DNA from: Actinomycetota bacterium
GTDB taxonomy: Bacteria > Actinomycetota > Acidimicrobiia > Acidimicrobiales > GCA-2861595
Length of the DNA: 64,000 nt
Reading direction: 5' to 3'
Assembly (NCBI GenBank): GCA_002861595.1
Contig: PJQG01000026.1
Span: 442 to 64,441, forward strand
Numbering within the stretch: the stretch's first letter is position 1; the number at the start of each line of letters is the position of its first letter. Below, in pieces: positions 16,585 to 26,808 of the stretch. The position numbers and the translations under genes were made by a program. The notes under the pieces are model-generated. The model searched no databases. It saw only the letters and a program-made list of their open reading frames with translations, and was not told where the DNA came from.

Positions 16585-17571
16585 ATGAGCAACGACGCCG
16601 TGGTCGTGGGTGGGGCCGGTGGTTTCATCGGCGGTCACCTCGTCTCCAGCCTGCTGGAGGAAGGACGGGCCGTGAGGGCCGTCGATTACAAGCCGCTGTC
16701 GGCATGGTGCCAGCTCCACCCGGGTGCCGACAACCGCTCCCTCGACCTCCGCACGGCCGAAGCCTGTCGCAAGTCCGTCGACGGCGCCGCCGAGGTCTAC
16801 AACCTGGCCGCCGACATGGGCGGCATGGGTTTCATCGAGAGCAACAAGGCCTTGTGCATGCTCTCTGTCCTCATCAACACGCATCTGTTGATGGCGGCCC
16901 ACGAGAGCGGGGTCGAGCGCTACTTCTTCGCTTCCTCGGCCTGTGTCTACGCGTCGGACAAGCAGGTGTCGCCGGCGGTCACCGCCCTGAAGGAGGCCGA
17001 CGCCTACCCGGCGATGCCCGAGGACGGCTACGGCTGGGAGAAGCTGTTCGGCGAGCGGATGTGCCGGCACTTCCGAGAGGACTTCGGGCTGCAGACCCGC
17101 ACGGCGCGCTACCACAACGTCTACGGCGAGTACGGGACCTACGACGGCGGTCGCGAGAAGGCGCCGGCCGCCATCTGCCGGAAGGTGATCGAGGCCAAGC
17201 TGTCGGGCCGCCACGAGATCGAGGTGTGGGGCGACGGCGAGCAGACCCGAAGCTTCATGTACATCACTGACTGCGTGCGAGGCACAAAAGCCATCCTGGC
17301 CAGCGACATCCTCGATCCCATCAACCTCGGCAGCGCCCAGCTGGTCACCATCAACCAACTGATCGACATCGTCGAGGCGGTCGCGGGGATCAAGGTCCGT
17401 CGCAACTACAAGCTGGACGCGCCGCTGGGTGTGCGCGGCCGCAACAGCGACAACACCCTCATCCGAAGCCACCTGGGTTGGGAACCGTCGGTGACCCTCG
17501 AACAGGGAATCGAGAAGACCTACCGCTGGATCTACGACCAGATGACCAGGGTGGACGGCGCCAACAGCTGA
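16585..17571 (+). CDS. gme: GDP-mannose 3,5-epimerase homolog
   Basis: 328 aa with SD AAAGGAA. GGAGGFIGGHL, NLAADMGGMGFI, FFASSACVY, GREKAPAAICRK, WGDGEQTRSF, GVRGRNSDN closely follow plant GME as I remember it. Confidence 0.85.
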   Translation: MSNDAVVVGGAGGFIGGHLVSSLLEEGRAVRAVDYKPLSAWCQLHPGADNRSLDLRTAEACRKSVDGAAEVYNLAADMGGMGFIESNKALCMLSVLINTHLLMAAHESGVERYFFASSACVYASDKQVSPAVTALKEADAYPAMPEDGYGWEKLFGERMCRHFREDFGLQTRTARYHNVYGEYGTYDGGREKAPAAICRKVIEAKLSGRHEIEVWGDGEQTRSFMYITDCVRGTKAILASDILDPINLGSAQLVTINQLIDIVEAVAGIKVRRNYKLDAPLGVRGRNSDNTLIRSHLGWEPSVTLEQGIEKTYRWIYDQMTRVDGANS

Positions 17572-17588
17572 CTTCACGGCGCCGTCCG

Positions 17589-19232
17589 ATGCCGTTCCTC
17601 ATCAGATCGTCAACGGCCCTGCGCCGGCGGTGGGGTGCCCTCGCCGTCGTGACCGGGTTCGTGCTCTCCCGGATCGCCCTGGCCCACTTCGCTCACCTGC
17701 GTTTCGACAACAGCACCATCAACGCGGGCCTGCAGTTCCTCGATCGCGGCCACCTGCGTGAAGACCTGGTGGGCAGCCTCCTCCACCTCCACTCGCAGCC
17801 ACCGTTGTTCAACCTGTTCCTGGGCCTGGTCGTCCATGCGCCGCTGCACCTCGAGGCGCCGATCCTCCACGCCGTGTACCTGGCGGTCGGGCTAGGTCTC
17901 GCCCTCAGCCTCTACGCCATCCTTCGCCACGTCGGGGTGCCGACGGTGGTCGCCGTCGCGGTCGCCCTCGTCTTCACCTTCAGCCCGTCGGTGTTCCTCT
18001 ACGAGAGCTGGTTGCACTACGACTACCCCGTCACACTGGGCCTGTGCCTGGCCGTGTTGGCACTCCTGCGCTACGAAGAACGCCAACGGCCGAGGGACGG
18101 CGCGCTGTTCCTGGTGATGCTCGGCGCCGTCGTGCTCACCAGGAGCCTCTTCAGCGTCGCGTTGGTCCTCCTGTGGGCCATCGTGCTGGTCGCCCGCCGA
18201 GGCGGCGACCGGCGCAGGTTGGTCGGCGCGCTGGCGCTCCCCGTCATCGTGGTGGTCGCCGTGCAGGTGCACCGCCTCGTGGTCTTCGGGACGCCGACGC
18301 TGAGCAGCAGCCTCGGGGTCAGCCTGGCCAAGATGACGACGTTCCAGCTCTCCGAGGGCGAGCGCCAGGAGCTGGCCGCTCGGGGGGAGATCTCCCGCGT
18401 CTCGCTGGTCGAGCCCCTGAGCCCCGCGGACCGCTACCACGGCCTCATCCCCACCCCTCGTCGTACTGGTGTACGGGCCCTCGACGAGGAGGTGAAGGGC
18501 ATCTACCCGAGCCCGCCCACGGACAACGAGTACTTCCGCACCAACACGAACGCCACGATCTTCCAGGAGGTGTCCCGCCGCTACACCGCCGACGCCCTCC
18601 ACGTCATCCGAACCCGCCCCGGTGCCTACTTGCAGGGAGTGGCGACGGCCACCGAGATCTTCTTCCGCCCTACCGGCGACTTCTTCACCCTGGTCGGGAA
18701 CCGGGATCGGGTGGCGGCCCTCGACCGGTTCTACAACCGCGCAGTGTTCGGAGTCGTGGCGGGGGGCAAGGCACCGTCCGTCATCCCCGAGGCGCGGGTC
18801 CAGTACCGCCAGGGCCCGGCGCGCACGGCGTGGGTGGTCGTGGCCGCCTACGCGCTCGCCTTCGTCTGGGGCGCAGCCACGCTCCTGCGCCGAGCACGGC
18901 GACGGGAGCGGGATGGGGGTCCCGTTCTCACCATCGCCTTCCTCTGGCTGACCACCGTCTACGTCTTCGTCGTGAGCAACGCCGTCGAGGTGGGGGAGAA
19001 CAATCGCTTCCGGCTCTACTCCGACCCCCTCGTGATCGCGCTGCTCGCCACGCTGGTCGTGCAATGGCGGCGGAGCCGCTCCCCGCTGGCCCGTGCGCAA
19101 GCAGCTCGCCGAGCCTCGGCGAGCGCGTCGGTCACGACGGTCAGGACGGGCGGGGCGAGAGAATGCGTTCCCGACGCGGTGACGGTCGCGCCGCCCACTC
19201 CTGTCGGTGAGGGGTCTCGAGGAGGGCAGTGA
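17589..19232 (+). CDS. Paralog B of the unrecognised membrane protein family
   Basis: 547 aa from ATG 17589. Colinear with paralog A, with long identical runs ([77 protein letters not shown]). Confidence 0.8.
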   Translation: MPFLIRSSTALRRRWGALAVVTGFVLSRIALAHFAHLRFDNSTINAGLQFLDRGHLREDLVGSLLHLHSQPPLFNLFLGLVVHAPLHLEAPILHAVYLAVGLGLALSLYAILRHVGVPTVVAVAVALVFTFSPSVFLYESWLHYDYPVTLGLCLAVLALLRYEERQRPRDGALFLVMLGAVVLTRSLFSVALVLLWAIVLVARRGGDRRRLVGALALPVIVVVAVQVHRLVVFGTPTLSSSLGVSLAKMTTFQLSEGERQELAARGEISRVSLVEPLSPADRYHGLIPTPRRTGVRALDEEVKGIYPSPPTDNEYFRTNTNATIFQEVSRRYTADALHVIRTRPGAYLQGVATATEIFFRPTGDFFTLVGNRDRVAALDRFYNRAVFGVVAGGKAPSVIPEARVQYRQGPARTAWVVVAAYALAFVWGAATLLRRARRRERDGGPVLTIAFLWLTTVYVFVVSNAVEVGENNRFRLYSDPLVIALLATLVVQWRRSRSPLARAQAARRASASASVTTVRTGGARECVPDAVTVAPPTPVGEGSRGGQ

Positions 19233-20803
19233 CAGCCACGACGGCGGCGAGGCCCAGGGGCGAGGTCCACGGGGAGCCTGCCGACTGGTCGAGGCGCACG
19301 TCGGGGTGGCACCTCGGCGCGCTCGTCGTCGTCGTCGTCGCCTTCGTGGTCTCACGCATCGCCATCGCCCACAGCGGGGTGGTGTTCGACGACCGCACGC
19401 TGAACGACAGCCACCAGTTGCTGGAGCTGAGCGAGCTGCGGGACCACCCGCTGCGCAGCCTCGCCAACCTGCACTCCCAACCGCCGCTGTTCAACCTCTT
19501 CGTCGCCCTGGGCCTGCGGGCGCCGGAGTCCTGGCACAGGACGCTGTTCCACCTGAGCCAGCTCGCCATAGGTCTGGGGCTGATGCTGTGCCTCTACGCC
19601 GTGCTGAAGCGGCTCGGGGTGCGCAGCGCCATGGCCGTCGTACTCGTCGTGGTCTTCTCGCTGAGCCCGTCGGTGTTCCTCTACGAGAACTGGTTCCACT
19701 ACGACTACCCGATCGCGCTCATGCTGTGCCTCGCCGTGCTGGCGCTGCAACGGTACGAGACCGGCCATCGCCTGGGCCATGCGGCGATCTTCTTCGTCTT
19801 GCTCGGCACCATCGTGCTGACCAGGAGCATGTTCCACCTGTTCTGGATGGCCGCCTGGGTGGCCGTGCTCGTGTTCCACCGTCGCGGTGCCGACTGGAGG
19901 CGGGTGGCCGCCGTGGCGGCCGTACCGCTCGTCGCCGCGGTGGGCCTCCACCTCCAGCGCCTCGTCACCTTCGGCACCTTCTCCTCCACCTCCTCGCTCG
20001 GGATGAGCCTGGCCAAGCTGACCACCTTCCAGCTGACTGGACGTGAACGCCAGGAGCTGGTCGCGGAGCGGAAGCTCTCGAGGGTGGCCTTGATCGACCC
20101 GTTCTTCCCCGTTCGGGTCTACGCGCCAGTGGTCCCACCCCGGCCACCGACGGGGGTGCCGGTGCTCGACGACGCGGACAAGACGCTCGCCGACGGCAGC
20201 ACCCGCAACAACTACAACCACATCAACTACCTCGACATCGACGACCGCTACATGGACGACGTCAAGCGCACCATGAGGATGAGGCCTACGGCGTACGCGC
20301 GCGGTGTGGCGACCGCCTACGACATCTTCTTCCGGCCGCCCAGCGATTTCTTCGCCATCGGGCAGAACCGCGAACAGGTGGCCGGACTGGACCGCCTCTA
20401 CAACCACGCGTTCTATGGCCTGATCGGCGGCGCCGAGGACGTGGACGGTCATCCCGACAGCGCTCGCCAGTTCCGCCAGTCCCCGGGGCGCACGGCCTGG
20501 TTGAGCGTGGCGGCTTATGCCGTTGCCGTCGTCGGAGGCGCCGTCCACCTCTGGCGCCGACGCCGCCGTTCAGGCGACGAGCCTCAGTCCTGGCTGGTCC
20601 TGGCGTTCCTCTGGTCCACGGTGACCTACGTCATGGTCCTCGGCACCATGTTCGAGGTGGCCGAGAACAACCGCTTCCGGCTCTACTCCGACCCCCTCGT
20701 CCTCGCCCTCGTGGCCGCCCTGGTGGTCGCCTGGCGGCGTCAGCGGCCCACGACCAGGGTCCAGCCTGCCGGGTGGTCCCGGGCCCGAGGGCGGGACCGT
20801 TGA
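19229..20803 (+). CDS. Paralog C of the unrecognised membrane protein family (more divergent)
   Basis: 524 aa. GTGA overlap with the paralog B stop. Keeps [54 protein letters not shown]. Confidence 0.8.
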   Translation: MTATTAARPRGEVHGEPADWSRRTSGWHLGALVVVVVAFVVSRIAIAHSGVVFDDRTLNDSHQLLELSELRDHPLRSLANLHSQPPLFNLFVALGLRAPESWHRTLFHLSQLAIGLGLMLCLYAVLKRLGVRSAMAVVLVVVFSLSPSVFLYENWFHYDYPIALMLCLAVLALQRYETGHRLGHAAIFFVLLGTIVLTRSMFHLFWMAAWVAVLVFHRRGADWRRVAAVAAVPLVAAVGLHLQRLVTFGTFSSTSSLGMSLAKLTTFQLTGRERQELVAERKLSRVALIDPFFPVRVYAPVVPPRPPTGVPVLDDADKTLADGSTRNNYNHINYLDIDDRYMDDVKRTMRMRPTAYARGVATAYDIFFRPPSDFFAIGQNREQVAGLDRLYNHAFYGLIGGAEDVDGHPDSARQFRQSPGRTAWLSVAAYAVAVVGGAVHLWRRRRRSGDEPQSWLVLAFLWSTVTYVMVLGTMFEVAENNRFRLYSDPLVLALVAALVVAWRRQRPTTRVQPAGWSRARGRDR

Positions 20804-20844
20804 CAACTGGCCAGCTAGCGTTCGCTGACCGCGGAGGAGAACCA

Positions 20845-21852
20845 GTGCGCGCGCTAATCACCGGCATCTCCGGGCAGGACGGCTCCTACCTGGCCGAGTT
20901 GCTCCTGACCAAGGGCTACGACGTCCATGGGGTGGTGCGCCGCGCCTCGAGCTTCAACACCAGCCGCCTCGACCCGATCTACCAGGACCCCCACCAGGGC
21001 GGACAGCGGCTCTTCCTCCATTCCGGCGACCTCGCCGACGCCGTCGGGCTCGTGAACCTGGTCGCCGCCATCCGACCCGACGAGGTGTACCACCTCGGTG
21101 CGCAGAGCCACGTGCGCGTCTCGTTCGACCAGCCGGAGTACACCGCGGACATCACCGGCATGGGAACGCTCAGGCTGCTCGAGGCCATCCGCGCCGCTGG
21201 TGTCGAAACCCGGTTCTACCAGGCGTCGTCCTCGGAGATGTTCGGTGCCGCGCCGCCACCGCAGAACGAGCTGACGCCGTTCCACCCGCGCAGCCCGTAC
21301 GCCTGCGCCAAGGTCTTCGCCTTCCACCTGACCGTCAACTACCGAGAGGCGTACGGCCTCTTCGCCGCCAACGGGATCATGATGAACCACGAGAGCCCGC
21401 GCCGTGGCGAGATGTTCGTTACGAGGAAGATCAGCCGTGCCGTCGCCCGCATCGCCGCCGGGCTCCAGGACGAGGTCTACCTCGGCAACCTCGACGCCCG
21501 CCGCGACTGGGGCTACACGCCCGACTACGTGGACGCCATGTGGCGGGTGCTCCAGCACGAGGAGGCAGACGACTTCGTCATCGCCACCGGGGAGAGCCAC
21601 TCGGTGCGGGAGTTCTGTGAGGTCGCCTTCGCCCATGCCGATCTGGACTGGGAGCGCCACGTCCGTACCGACCCCAGCTACGATCGGCCCTCGGAGGTCC
21701 ATCATTTGCTCGGCAATGCTGCGAAGGCCAAGCGAGTCCTGGGGTGGACGCCGACAGTCCGTTTCGAGGAGCTGGTCCGGATCATGGTGGACGCGGACGT
21801 CGAAGCCCTCGAAGCCGAGATGTCCGGCAGGACAGCGAGGATCGAGAGATGA
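20845..21852 (+). CDS. gmd: GDP-mannose 4,6-dehydratase
   Basis: GTG 20845 after [54 protein letters not shown] are Gmd hallmarks. Confidence 0.95.
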   Translation: MRALITGISGQDGSYLAELLLTKGYDVHGVVRRASSFNTSRLDPIYQDPHQGGQRLFLHSGDLADAVGLVNLVAAIRPDEVYHLGAQSHVRVSFDQPEYTADITGMGTLRLLEAIRAAGVETRFYQASSSEMFGAAPPPQNELTPFHPRSPYACAKVFAFHLTVNYREAYGLFAANGIMMNHESPRRGEMFVTRKISRAVARIAAGLQDEVYLGNLDARRDWGYTPDYVDAMWRVLQHEEADDFVIATGESHSVREFCEVAFAHADLDWERHVRTDPSYDRPSEVHHLLGNAAKAKRVLGWTPTVRFEELVRIMVDADVEALEAEMSGRTARIER

Positions 21853-22796
21853 ACATCAACAACGAGGTGGTCGTGGTCACGGGGGGCAGAGGATTCCTCG
21901 GCTGTCACGTGACCGAGGAGCTCCGGGGTGCGGGGGCGAAGGTCGTGCCTCTCGGCAGCGGCGATTACGACCTGCGCCGGCGGAGCGAGATCGACGCCAT
22001 GCTCGCAGATCACGATCCCGCCGTCGTGGTGCACCTGGCCGCCCTGGTGGGAGGCATCGGTGCCAACCGGGCCGAGCCGGGGCGGTTCTTCTACGACAAC
22101 GCCCTGATGGGCATCGAGCTGATCGAGGCGTGCCGGGTGGCCGGCGTCCGGAAGATGGTGATCGCGGGCACGGTGTGCTCCTATCCGAAGAACACCCCGA
22201 TCCCCTTCGACGAGGACGACCTGTGGAACGGCTACCCGGAGGAGACCAACGCGCCCTACGGCTTTGCCAAGAAGATGCTGCTTGCTCAGGCCCAGGCCTA
22301 CCGGCAGCAGTACGGCACGAACGCCATCTTCCTGCTCCCCGTGAACCTGTACGGGCCCGGCGACAACTTCGACCTCGAGAGCAGCCATGTGGTGGCGGGC
22401 ATGATCCGCAAGTTCGAGGACGCTCGGGTGAGCGGGGCCCCCGCTGTCACGCTCTGGGGGGACGGGAGCGCGACCCGGGAGTTCCTCTACGTCTCGGACG
22501 CGGCCCGGGCCTTCCGCTTGGCCCTCGAACGCTATGACGGCCCCGACCCGGTGAACGTCGGCTCCGGGGACGAGGTCACCATCCGAGACCTGGCCAAGCA
22601 CATCCAGCGGGCGACCGGCTACGTCGGTGAGATCGTGTGGGACACCTCCAAGCCGAACGGCCAGCCGAGGCGGAGGCTCTCCACCACCCGGGCCATGCGC
22701 TACTTCGGCTTCGAGGCGACGGTGCCGTTCGAGGAAGGGGTGGCGAGGACGGTGGAGTCGTTCCGGGCGACGCACCAGGAGGCGAGAGAGACCTGA
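21849..22796 (+). CDS. fcl: GDP-L-fucose synthase (GDP-4-keto-6-deoxymannose 3,5-epimerase/4-reductase)
   Basis: ATGA overlap with the gmd stop. [40 protein letters not shown] match the Fcl/WcaG pattern. Confidence 0.9.
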   Translation: MNINNEVVVVTGGRGFLGCHVTEELRGAGAKVVPLGSGDYDLRRRSEIDAMLADHDPAVVVHLAALVGGIGANRAEPGRFFYDNALMGIELIEACRVAGVRKMVIAGTVCSYPKNTPIPFDEDDLWNGYPEETNAPYGFAKKMLLAQAQAYRQQYGTNAIFLLPVNLYGPGDNFDLESSHVVAGMIRKFEDARVSGAPAVTLWGDGSATREFLYVSDAARAFRLALERYDGPDPVNVGSGDEVTIRDLAKHIQRATGYVGEIVWDTSKPNGQPRRRLSTTRAMRYFGFEATVPFEEGVARTVESFRATHQEARET

Positions 22797-22916
22797 GGGA
22801 ACAGGCCATGGTTCCGGGGGCTACGCGATGCAAGGGCTGCCAAGAGACGCCCCCCCGGACGCCCTGATGCCCTTCGAGATCGACGAGAGGCTGCGCGAGG
22901 CACGGCTACCATCCCG

Positions 22917-24104
22917 TTGATGGAGGAGCGGTCGGACCTCGACGAGGTCATCGCTCAACTCAGGGCACGGGTCGAGGAACGCCGGCGCGCAGGCGATTAC
23001 CCGCCGGGGATGGAAGATGATCTGGACCGTCATTTCCGGCGCGTCGCAGCCCACCGGGCCCTTCCCGACCACCTGCCTCTCGAAGAGCGGTTGCGCCAAC
23101 TCTCCGGGGTCTCCTTGGACCGTGGTGCCATCAACGTCGACTCGGAGCTGCCCGGCGGCACGGCCCTCCACCGGCTCGTCGCCAAGGCGGTGGGCCGCCA
23201 GACCGAAGGGGTGCTGGACCAGGTCCGCCAGTTCGCCGATGCCGTCAGGTCGGCCTTCGAAGCCGTGCTGGCGGCCCTCGAGGACCCTTACGGCCACACC
23301 CATGGGGACCTGGTTGACCAGCTCGACGCCGTGCTCGAACGCCTGGCCGGTTTCGAGCGGGGTTCTGACGGCGGCTCGGCCATGGTCGGGGACCTGCGTC
23401 GCCGGGTGGAACGACTGGAGGCCGGGGAGCGGGCCCGGCGGGTGCAGCCCTGGTACACCAACGAACGCTTCGAGGCCGCGTTCCGGGGAAGCCGCGAGGA
23501 CCTCCACGAGCAGTACCGGGACCTGGCGACGCGCCTCGCCGACTCTGCGCCGGTTCTCGACATCGGGTGCGGCAGAGGCGAGTTCCTCGAGTTGCTGGCC
23601 GAGCTGGGGGTCGAGGCCTCCGGCGTGGAGCTCGATCCCGCCCTGGCCCAGGCCGCGGCACGCCGCGGCCTGAACGTGGAGGTGGGCGAAGGACTTCGTC
23701 ACCTGGGCGCGCTTGCTGATCGCTCACTCGGCGGCATCAGCATGATCCAGGTGGTGGAGCATCTGCCTCCTCAGGGCGTGCTGGACGTGGTCCCCCTTGC
23801 CGCCGAGAAGCTTCGACCCGGGGGCCTCCTGGTGATGGAGAGCGTCAACTGCCAATCCCTCTACGCCATGGCCCACCCGTTCTTCATCGACCCGACCCAC
23901 ATCCGCCCCGTCCATCCCGCGTACCTCGCCTTCCTGGCCCACGAGGCCGGCTTCGCCGAGGTGTCGATCGAGTGGCGCTCACCGCCTCCGAAGGAAGCGG
24001 TGCTCCTCGATGTCGGTGGGGACGGTCCCGAGGCCACCAACGTCCGGCGCCTGAACGAGGTGATCTTCGGCCCCCAGGACTACGCCGTCATCGCCTCTCG
24101 CTGA
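22917..24104 (+). CDS. Class I SAM-dependent methyltransferase with ~190-aa helical N-terminal extension
   Basis: VLDIGCGRGEFLELL (motif I), LRPGGLLVMES. The N-terminus is rich in charged heptad-like helices. Start TTG 22917 or ATG 22920. Confidence 0.8.
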   Translation: MMEERSDLDEVIAQLRARVEERRRAGDYPPGMEDDLDRHFRRVAAHRALPDHLPLEERLRQLSGVSLDRGAINVDSELPGGTALHRLVAKAVGRQTEGVLDQVRQFADAVRSAFEAVLAALEDPYGHTHGDLVDQLDAVLERLAGFERGSDGGSAMVGDLRRRVERLEAGERARRVQPWYTNERFEAAFRGSREDLHEQYRDLATRLADSAPVLDIGCGRGEFLELLAELGVEASGVELDPALAQAAARRGLNVEVGEGLRHLGALADRSLGGISMIQVVEHLPPQGVLDVVPLAAEKLRPGGLLVMESVNCQSLYAMAHPFFIDPTHIRPVHPAYLAFLAHEAGFAEVSIEWRSPPPKEAVLLDVGGDGPEATNVRRLNEVIFGPQDYAVIASR

Positions 24105-25219
24105 GGGCGTCGAGCGAGGTGATCGGCAGCGGCGGCGAGGGCATAGGCGGCCAGGACGCCCCACAAGGGGAACCACGCCTTCCAGTAGTGGATGTTGCCG
24201 AACAGCAGGTGGGCGCCACTGCCGCCGGGGTAGCTCAGGTAGATGGCGGACCCCAGCACTGACACGGCGAAGGCGGCGCCGAGGGGAAGGGCCAGGCGGT
24301 GGCGCCGGCGGACGAGAACGGCCACGCCCACCGGCGCCAGGGCTGCCCACGGGAACTGACGCCCGATCGGGTCGACCTCGGCGCGAACCGTTCCGGTCCT
24401 TCCGGTCACGAACACCTCGAGGAAGTTGCGCGGTGCCCGCTGCGGCTCGAAGTTCGACAGGCTCTGCTGGTTGCTGCCCTCTCCCTGGCGGCCTTCCTGC
24501 TGGCTGTAGGGCGTCTTCAGCGGGCTGCCGAGCACGGCGGCGTGGGTGGCCAGCACAGGGATGGCGACCAGGACGGCGCCGGCCGCGGCGGCGACCAGAA
24601 CGCGCGAGCGCCCACGTCCCCCGACAGTGCCGCGGACCAGCGCCAGGGCGCCGATCAGAGCGGGGAAGAGGGCGTCGAGATACCGGGCCGCGAACGCCAT
24701 GCCGGTGGCCAAGCCGATGATCAGGCCGCCCCGCCACGTCACCTGGCCCGGCGACGTGGCGACCACCAGCGCGGCCAGCACCGCCACCACGGTCACCGTT
24801 GTGTTCCACGGTACGACCATGGTGTCGAGCAGCGGCGTGGCGAGGGCCACTGCGGCGGCACACGCCAGGCCGAAGCCGGAGGAGCGAAGGCGACGGCCGA
24901 GGACGGCCACCATGGCCATGGCCGCGGCAAAGGCGATCGCGTCGGGGATGGCGAAGGCGTCGCCCCCGGGCCGCAGCTTCAGGAACGGTACGGCCAGCGC
25001 GGGGTAGCCAAGCCCGTAGATGTAGCTCGAGGGCGGGGAGGGCAGGTTCGCCCGGGCAAGATCGCGGGCCAGGTCGAGGTAGTGGCTCTGGTCGAAGAAG
25101 CCGTACCACCCCGGCGGGTTCAGCACCCCTGGCCGTGCGGGGTGGATGGCCAGCGCGTAGGCGAACAGGCCGACGGCGGCGATGGCGACACCGCCCACGA
25201 GCGTCGTTCCGGGCGGCAT
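24080..25219 (-). CDS. Polytopic membrane protein, GT-C/ArnT-like
   Basis: 379 aa, ~10 hydrophobic helices. First-loop FFDQSHYLDLARDLA resembles the ArnT-type D-E-x-x-Y-x-x-x-A-x-x-M motif. Confidence 0.6.
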   Translation of the reverse strand: MPPGTTLVGGVAIAAVGLFAYALAIHPARPGVLNPPGWYGFFDQSHYLDLARDLARANLPSPPSSYIYGLGYPALAVPFLKLRPGGDAFAIPDAIAFAAAMAMVAVLGRRLRSSGFGLACAAAVALATPLLDTMVVPWNTTVTVVAVLAALVVATSPGQVTWRGGLIIGLATGMAFAARYLDALFPALIGALALVRGTVGGRGRSRVLVAAAAGAVLVAIPVLATHAAVLGSPLKTPYSQQEGRQGEGSNQQSLSNFEPQRAPRNFLEVFVTGRTGTVRAEVDPIGRQFPWAALAPVGVAVLVRRRHRLALPLGAAFAVSVLGSAIYLSYPGGSGAHLLFGNIHYWKAWFPLWGVLAAYALAAAADHLARRPQREAMTA

Positions 25220-25227
25220 CGTCGGCA

Positions 25228-25250
25228 GGCGGCGCGGTGCCCGCGCCGCC
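25228..25250 (-). terminator. GC hairpin (GGCGGCGCGG-tgc-CCGCGCCGCC) between UGM-like gene and downstream membrane gene
   Basis: Perfect 10-bp stem read directly. No U-tract, so it may be an attenuator or processing site rather than a terminator. Confidence 0.4.
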
Positions 25251-25269
25251 GGTTCACCCCCACGCCTCT

Positions 25270-26808
25270 TCAGGCGCCCACCCGTCCCCGCTTCTCGTTC
25301 GCTGCGGACATGGCGGCACGAGGGATGACCGGCGCGTCGCGCCCGGTGCCGCCATCCTCCGGGCCCTCGGCCGCCTTCTCCTCGTGGTACTCCGCCTCCA
25401 CGTTGACCTGCCAGATGTCATGGTGGGCCCCGAGGATGTTCTCGACCGTGAGCATGGCGGTGTACATGGAGTGGTCCTGGTTGTTGTACTTGTGCATCCC
25501 GTTGCGACCGACGGGGTGGACATTCGCGGCGTTGGCCTCGAGCCAGTCGCGGAGCACCTGCACGTTGGCCTTGTAGGTGTCGTCGTACACCGGGTAGGCC
25601 TTGGGGCAGCGCACCACGTAGCCCGCCTCCACCTTGGCGGGGTCGGCGAGGCCCAGCTTGTGGAGCTCCCGCTTGCCCAGCTCGACCAGCTCGTGGTCGG
25701 GCATCGTCCACAACCGGTCGCCCTCGAACACGAAGTATTCGAGCCCGAGGCAGGTGCGGCCGTCCTTGACGAGGTAGGGCGACCAGGACCCGAAGTTCTG
25801 GATCCGGCCGACGTTCACCTCCGGCGAGTGAACGTAGATCCAGTTGTCCGGGAACCCCGCCTCCTCGGGCATCACGAGGGCCACCGTGAGGAAGTCACGG
25901 TAGGCGAGCCCGTCGGCGGCCGCCTGCACCTCGGGGGGAACGGGGGGGTCCATCACCTTCAGCAGCGTGGAGATGGGCATGGAGGACACGACGTGCGAGC
26001 AGGGATACTCGGTGCGCACCCCTTCCGTGTCGGCCACGACGGCAACGGCGTGCCCGGCCTCGTGGCGTACCGTGGTGGCGGCCGTGCGCATGAGGACCTT
26101 CGAGCCCTGCGCCTCGACGAGCTCCCGGCACCGCTCCCACATCATCCCCGGCCCGTACTTCGGGTACTGGAACTCCTCGATGAGGGTGGTGATCTCGGTC
26201 TGGTTGCGTTTGGGCAACACGGCGTTGAGCACGGCGCTGGCCAGGGACAGGTTCTTGATGCGCTGGGCCGCCCAGTCGGCCTGGATCTCGGTGGCCGGCA
26301 CGCCCCACACCTTCTCGGTGTAGGTCTTGAAGAACGTGCGGTAGAGGCGGCTGCCGAAGCGGGCCGAGACCCAGCCCTCGAAGTTGGTCTGGTCCTTCGG
26401 CGGCCGGACCCGTGCCCAGGCGTAGGAGAGCACACAGCGGCCGGCCTCGAGGACGCCCAGGTTCTTCAAGGCGTTGGATGCCTTGAGTGGATAATCGAAG
26501 AACTTGCCGTTGTAGTAGATGCGGCTCATCCGGGGCCGGAGCAGGAAGTCTTCGTCGGGGAGGATCTCGTGCCAGAGATCCTCCACTGCCTGAACCTTGG
26601 TGAAGAAGCGGTGGCCGCCGATGTCGAAGCGCCAGCCGTCGCGTTCGGCTGACCTGCTGATGCCCCCTACCACGTCGTCCGCCTCCAGCACCGTCGAGGC
26701 CCGGCCACGCTTGCCCAATTCGTAAGCAGCCGTCAGTCCCGCCGGCCCCGCTCCTATGACGACCACCTCCGTGTCGCGATCGACCTCGGCCGGTTCAGCT
26801 GTCGTCAT
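25270..26808 (-). CDS. FAD-dependent oxidoreductase, UDP-galactopyranose-mutase-like
   Basis: VVVIGAGPAGLTAAYEL (FAD-binding GxGxxG), GGHRFFT, IYYNGKFFDYPL, TYTEKVWG, AYPVYDD...GRNGMHKYNNQDH parallel Glf motifs GAHIFHT, GYTEKQWG, YYPVND...GRLAEYKYYDM (from memory). Confidence 0.7.
   Translation of the reverse strand: MTTAEPAEVDRDTEVVVIGAGPAGLTAAYELGKRGRASTVLEADDVVGGISRSAERDGWRFDIGGHRFFTKVQAVEDLWHEILPDEDFLLRPRMSRIYYNGKFFDYPLKASNALKNLGVLEAGRCVLSYAWARVRPPKDQTNFEGWVSARFGSRLYRTFFKTYTEKVWGVPATEIQADWAAQRIKNLSLASAVLNAVLPKRNQTEITTLIEEFQYPKYGPGMMWERCRELVEAQGSKVLMRTAATTVRHEAGHAVAVVADTEGVRTEYPCSHVVSSMPISTLLKVMDPPVPPEVQAAADGLAYRDFLTVALVMPEEAGFPDNWIYVHSPEVNVGRIQNFGSWSPYLVKDGRTCLGLEYFVFEGDRLWTMPDHELVELGKRELHKLGLADPAKVEAGYVVRCPKAYPVYDDTYKANVQVLRDWLEANAANVHPVGRNGMHKYNNQDHSMYTAMLTVENILGAHHDIWQVNVEAEYHEEKAAEGPEDGGTGRDAPVIPRAAMSAANEKRGRVGA

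Noticed and set aside
22801-22920. Small upstream reading frame (MPFEIDERLREARLPSR, stop overlapping the methyltransferase ATG as TGATG) that could indicate a frameshifted longer N-terminus or a regulatory uORF.
   Set aside because: It is only 17 codons and I cannot check conservation. The downstream ORF has its own plausible start. Noted but unsupported.
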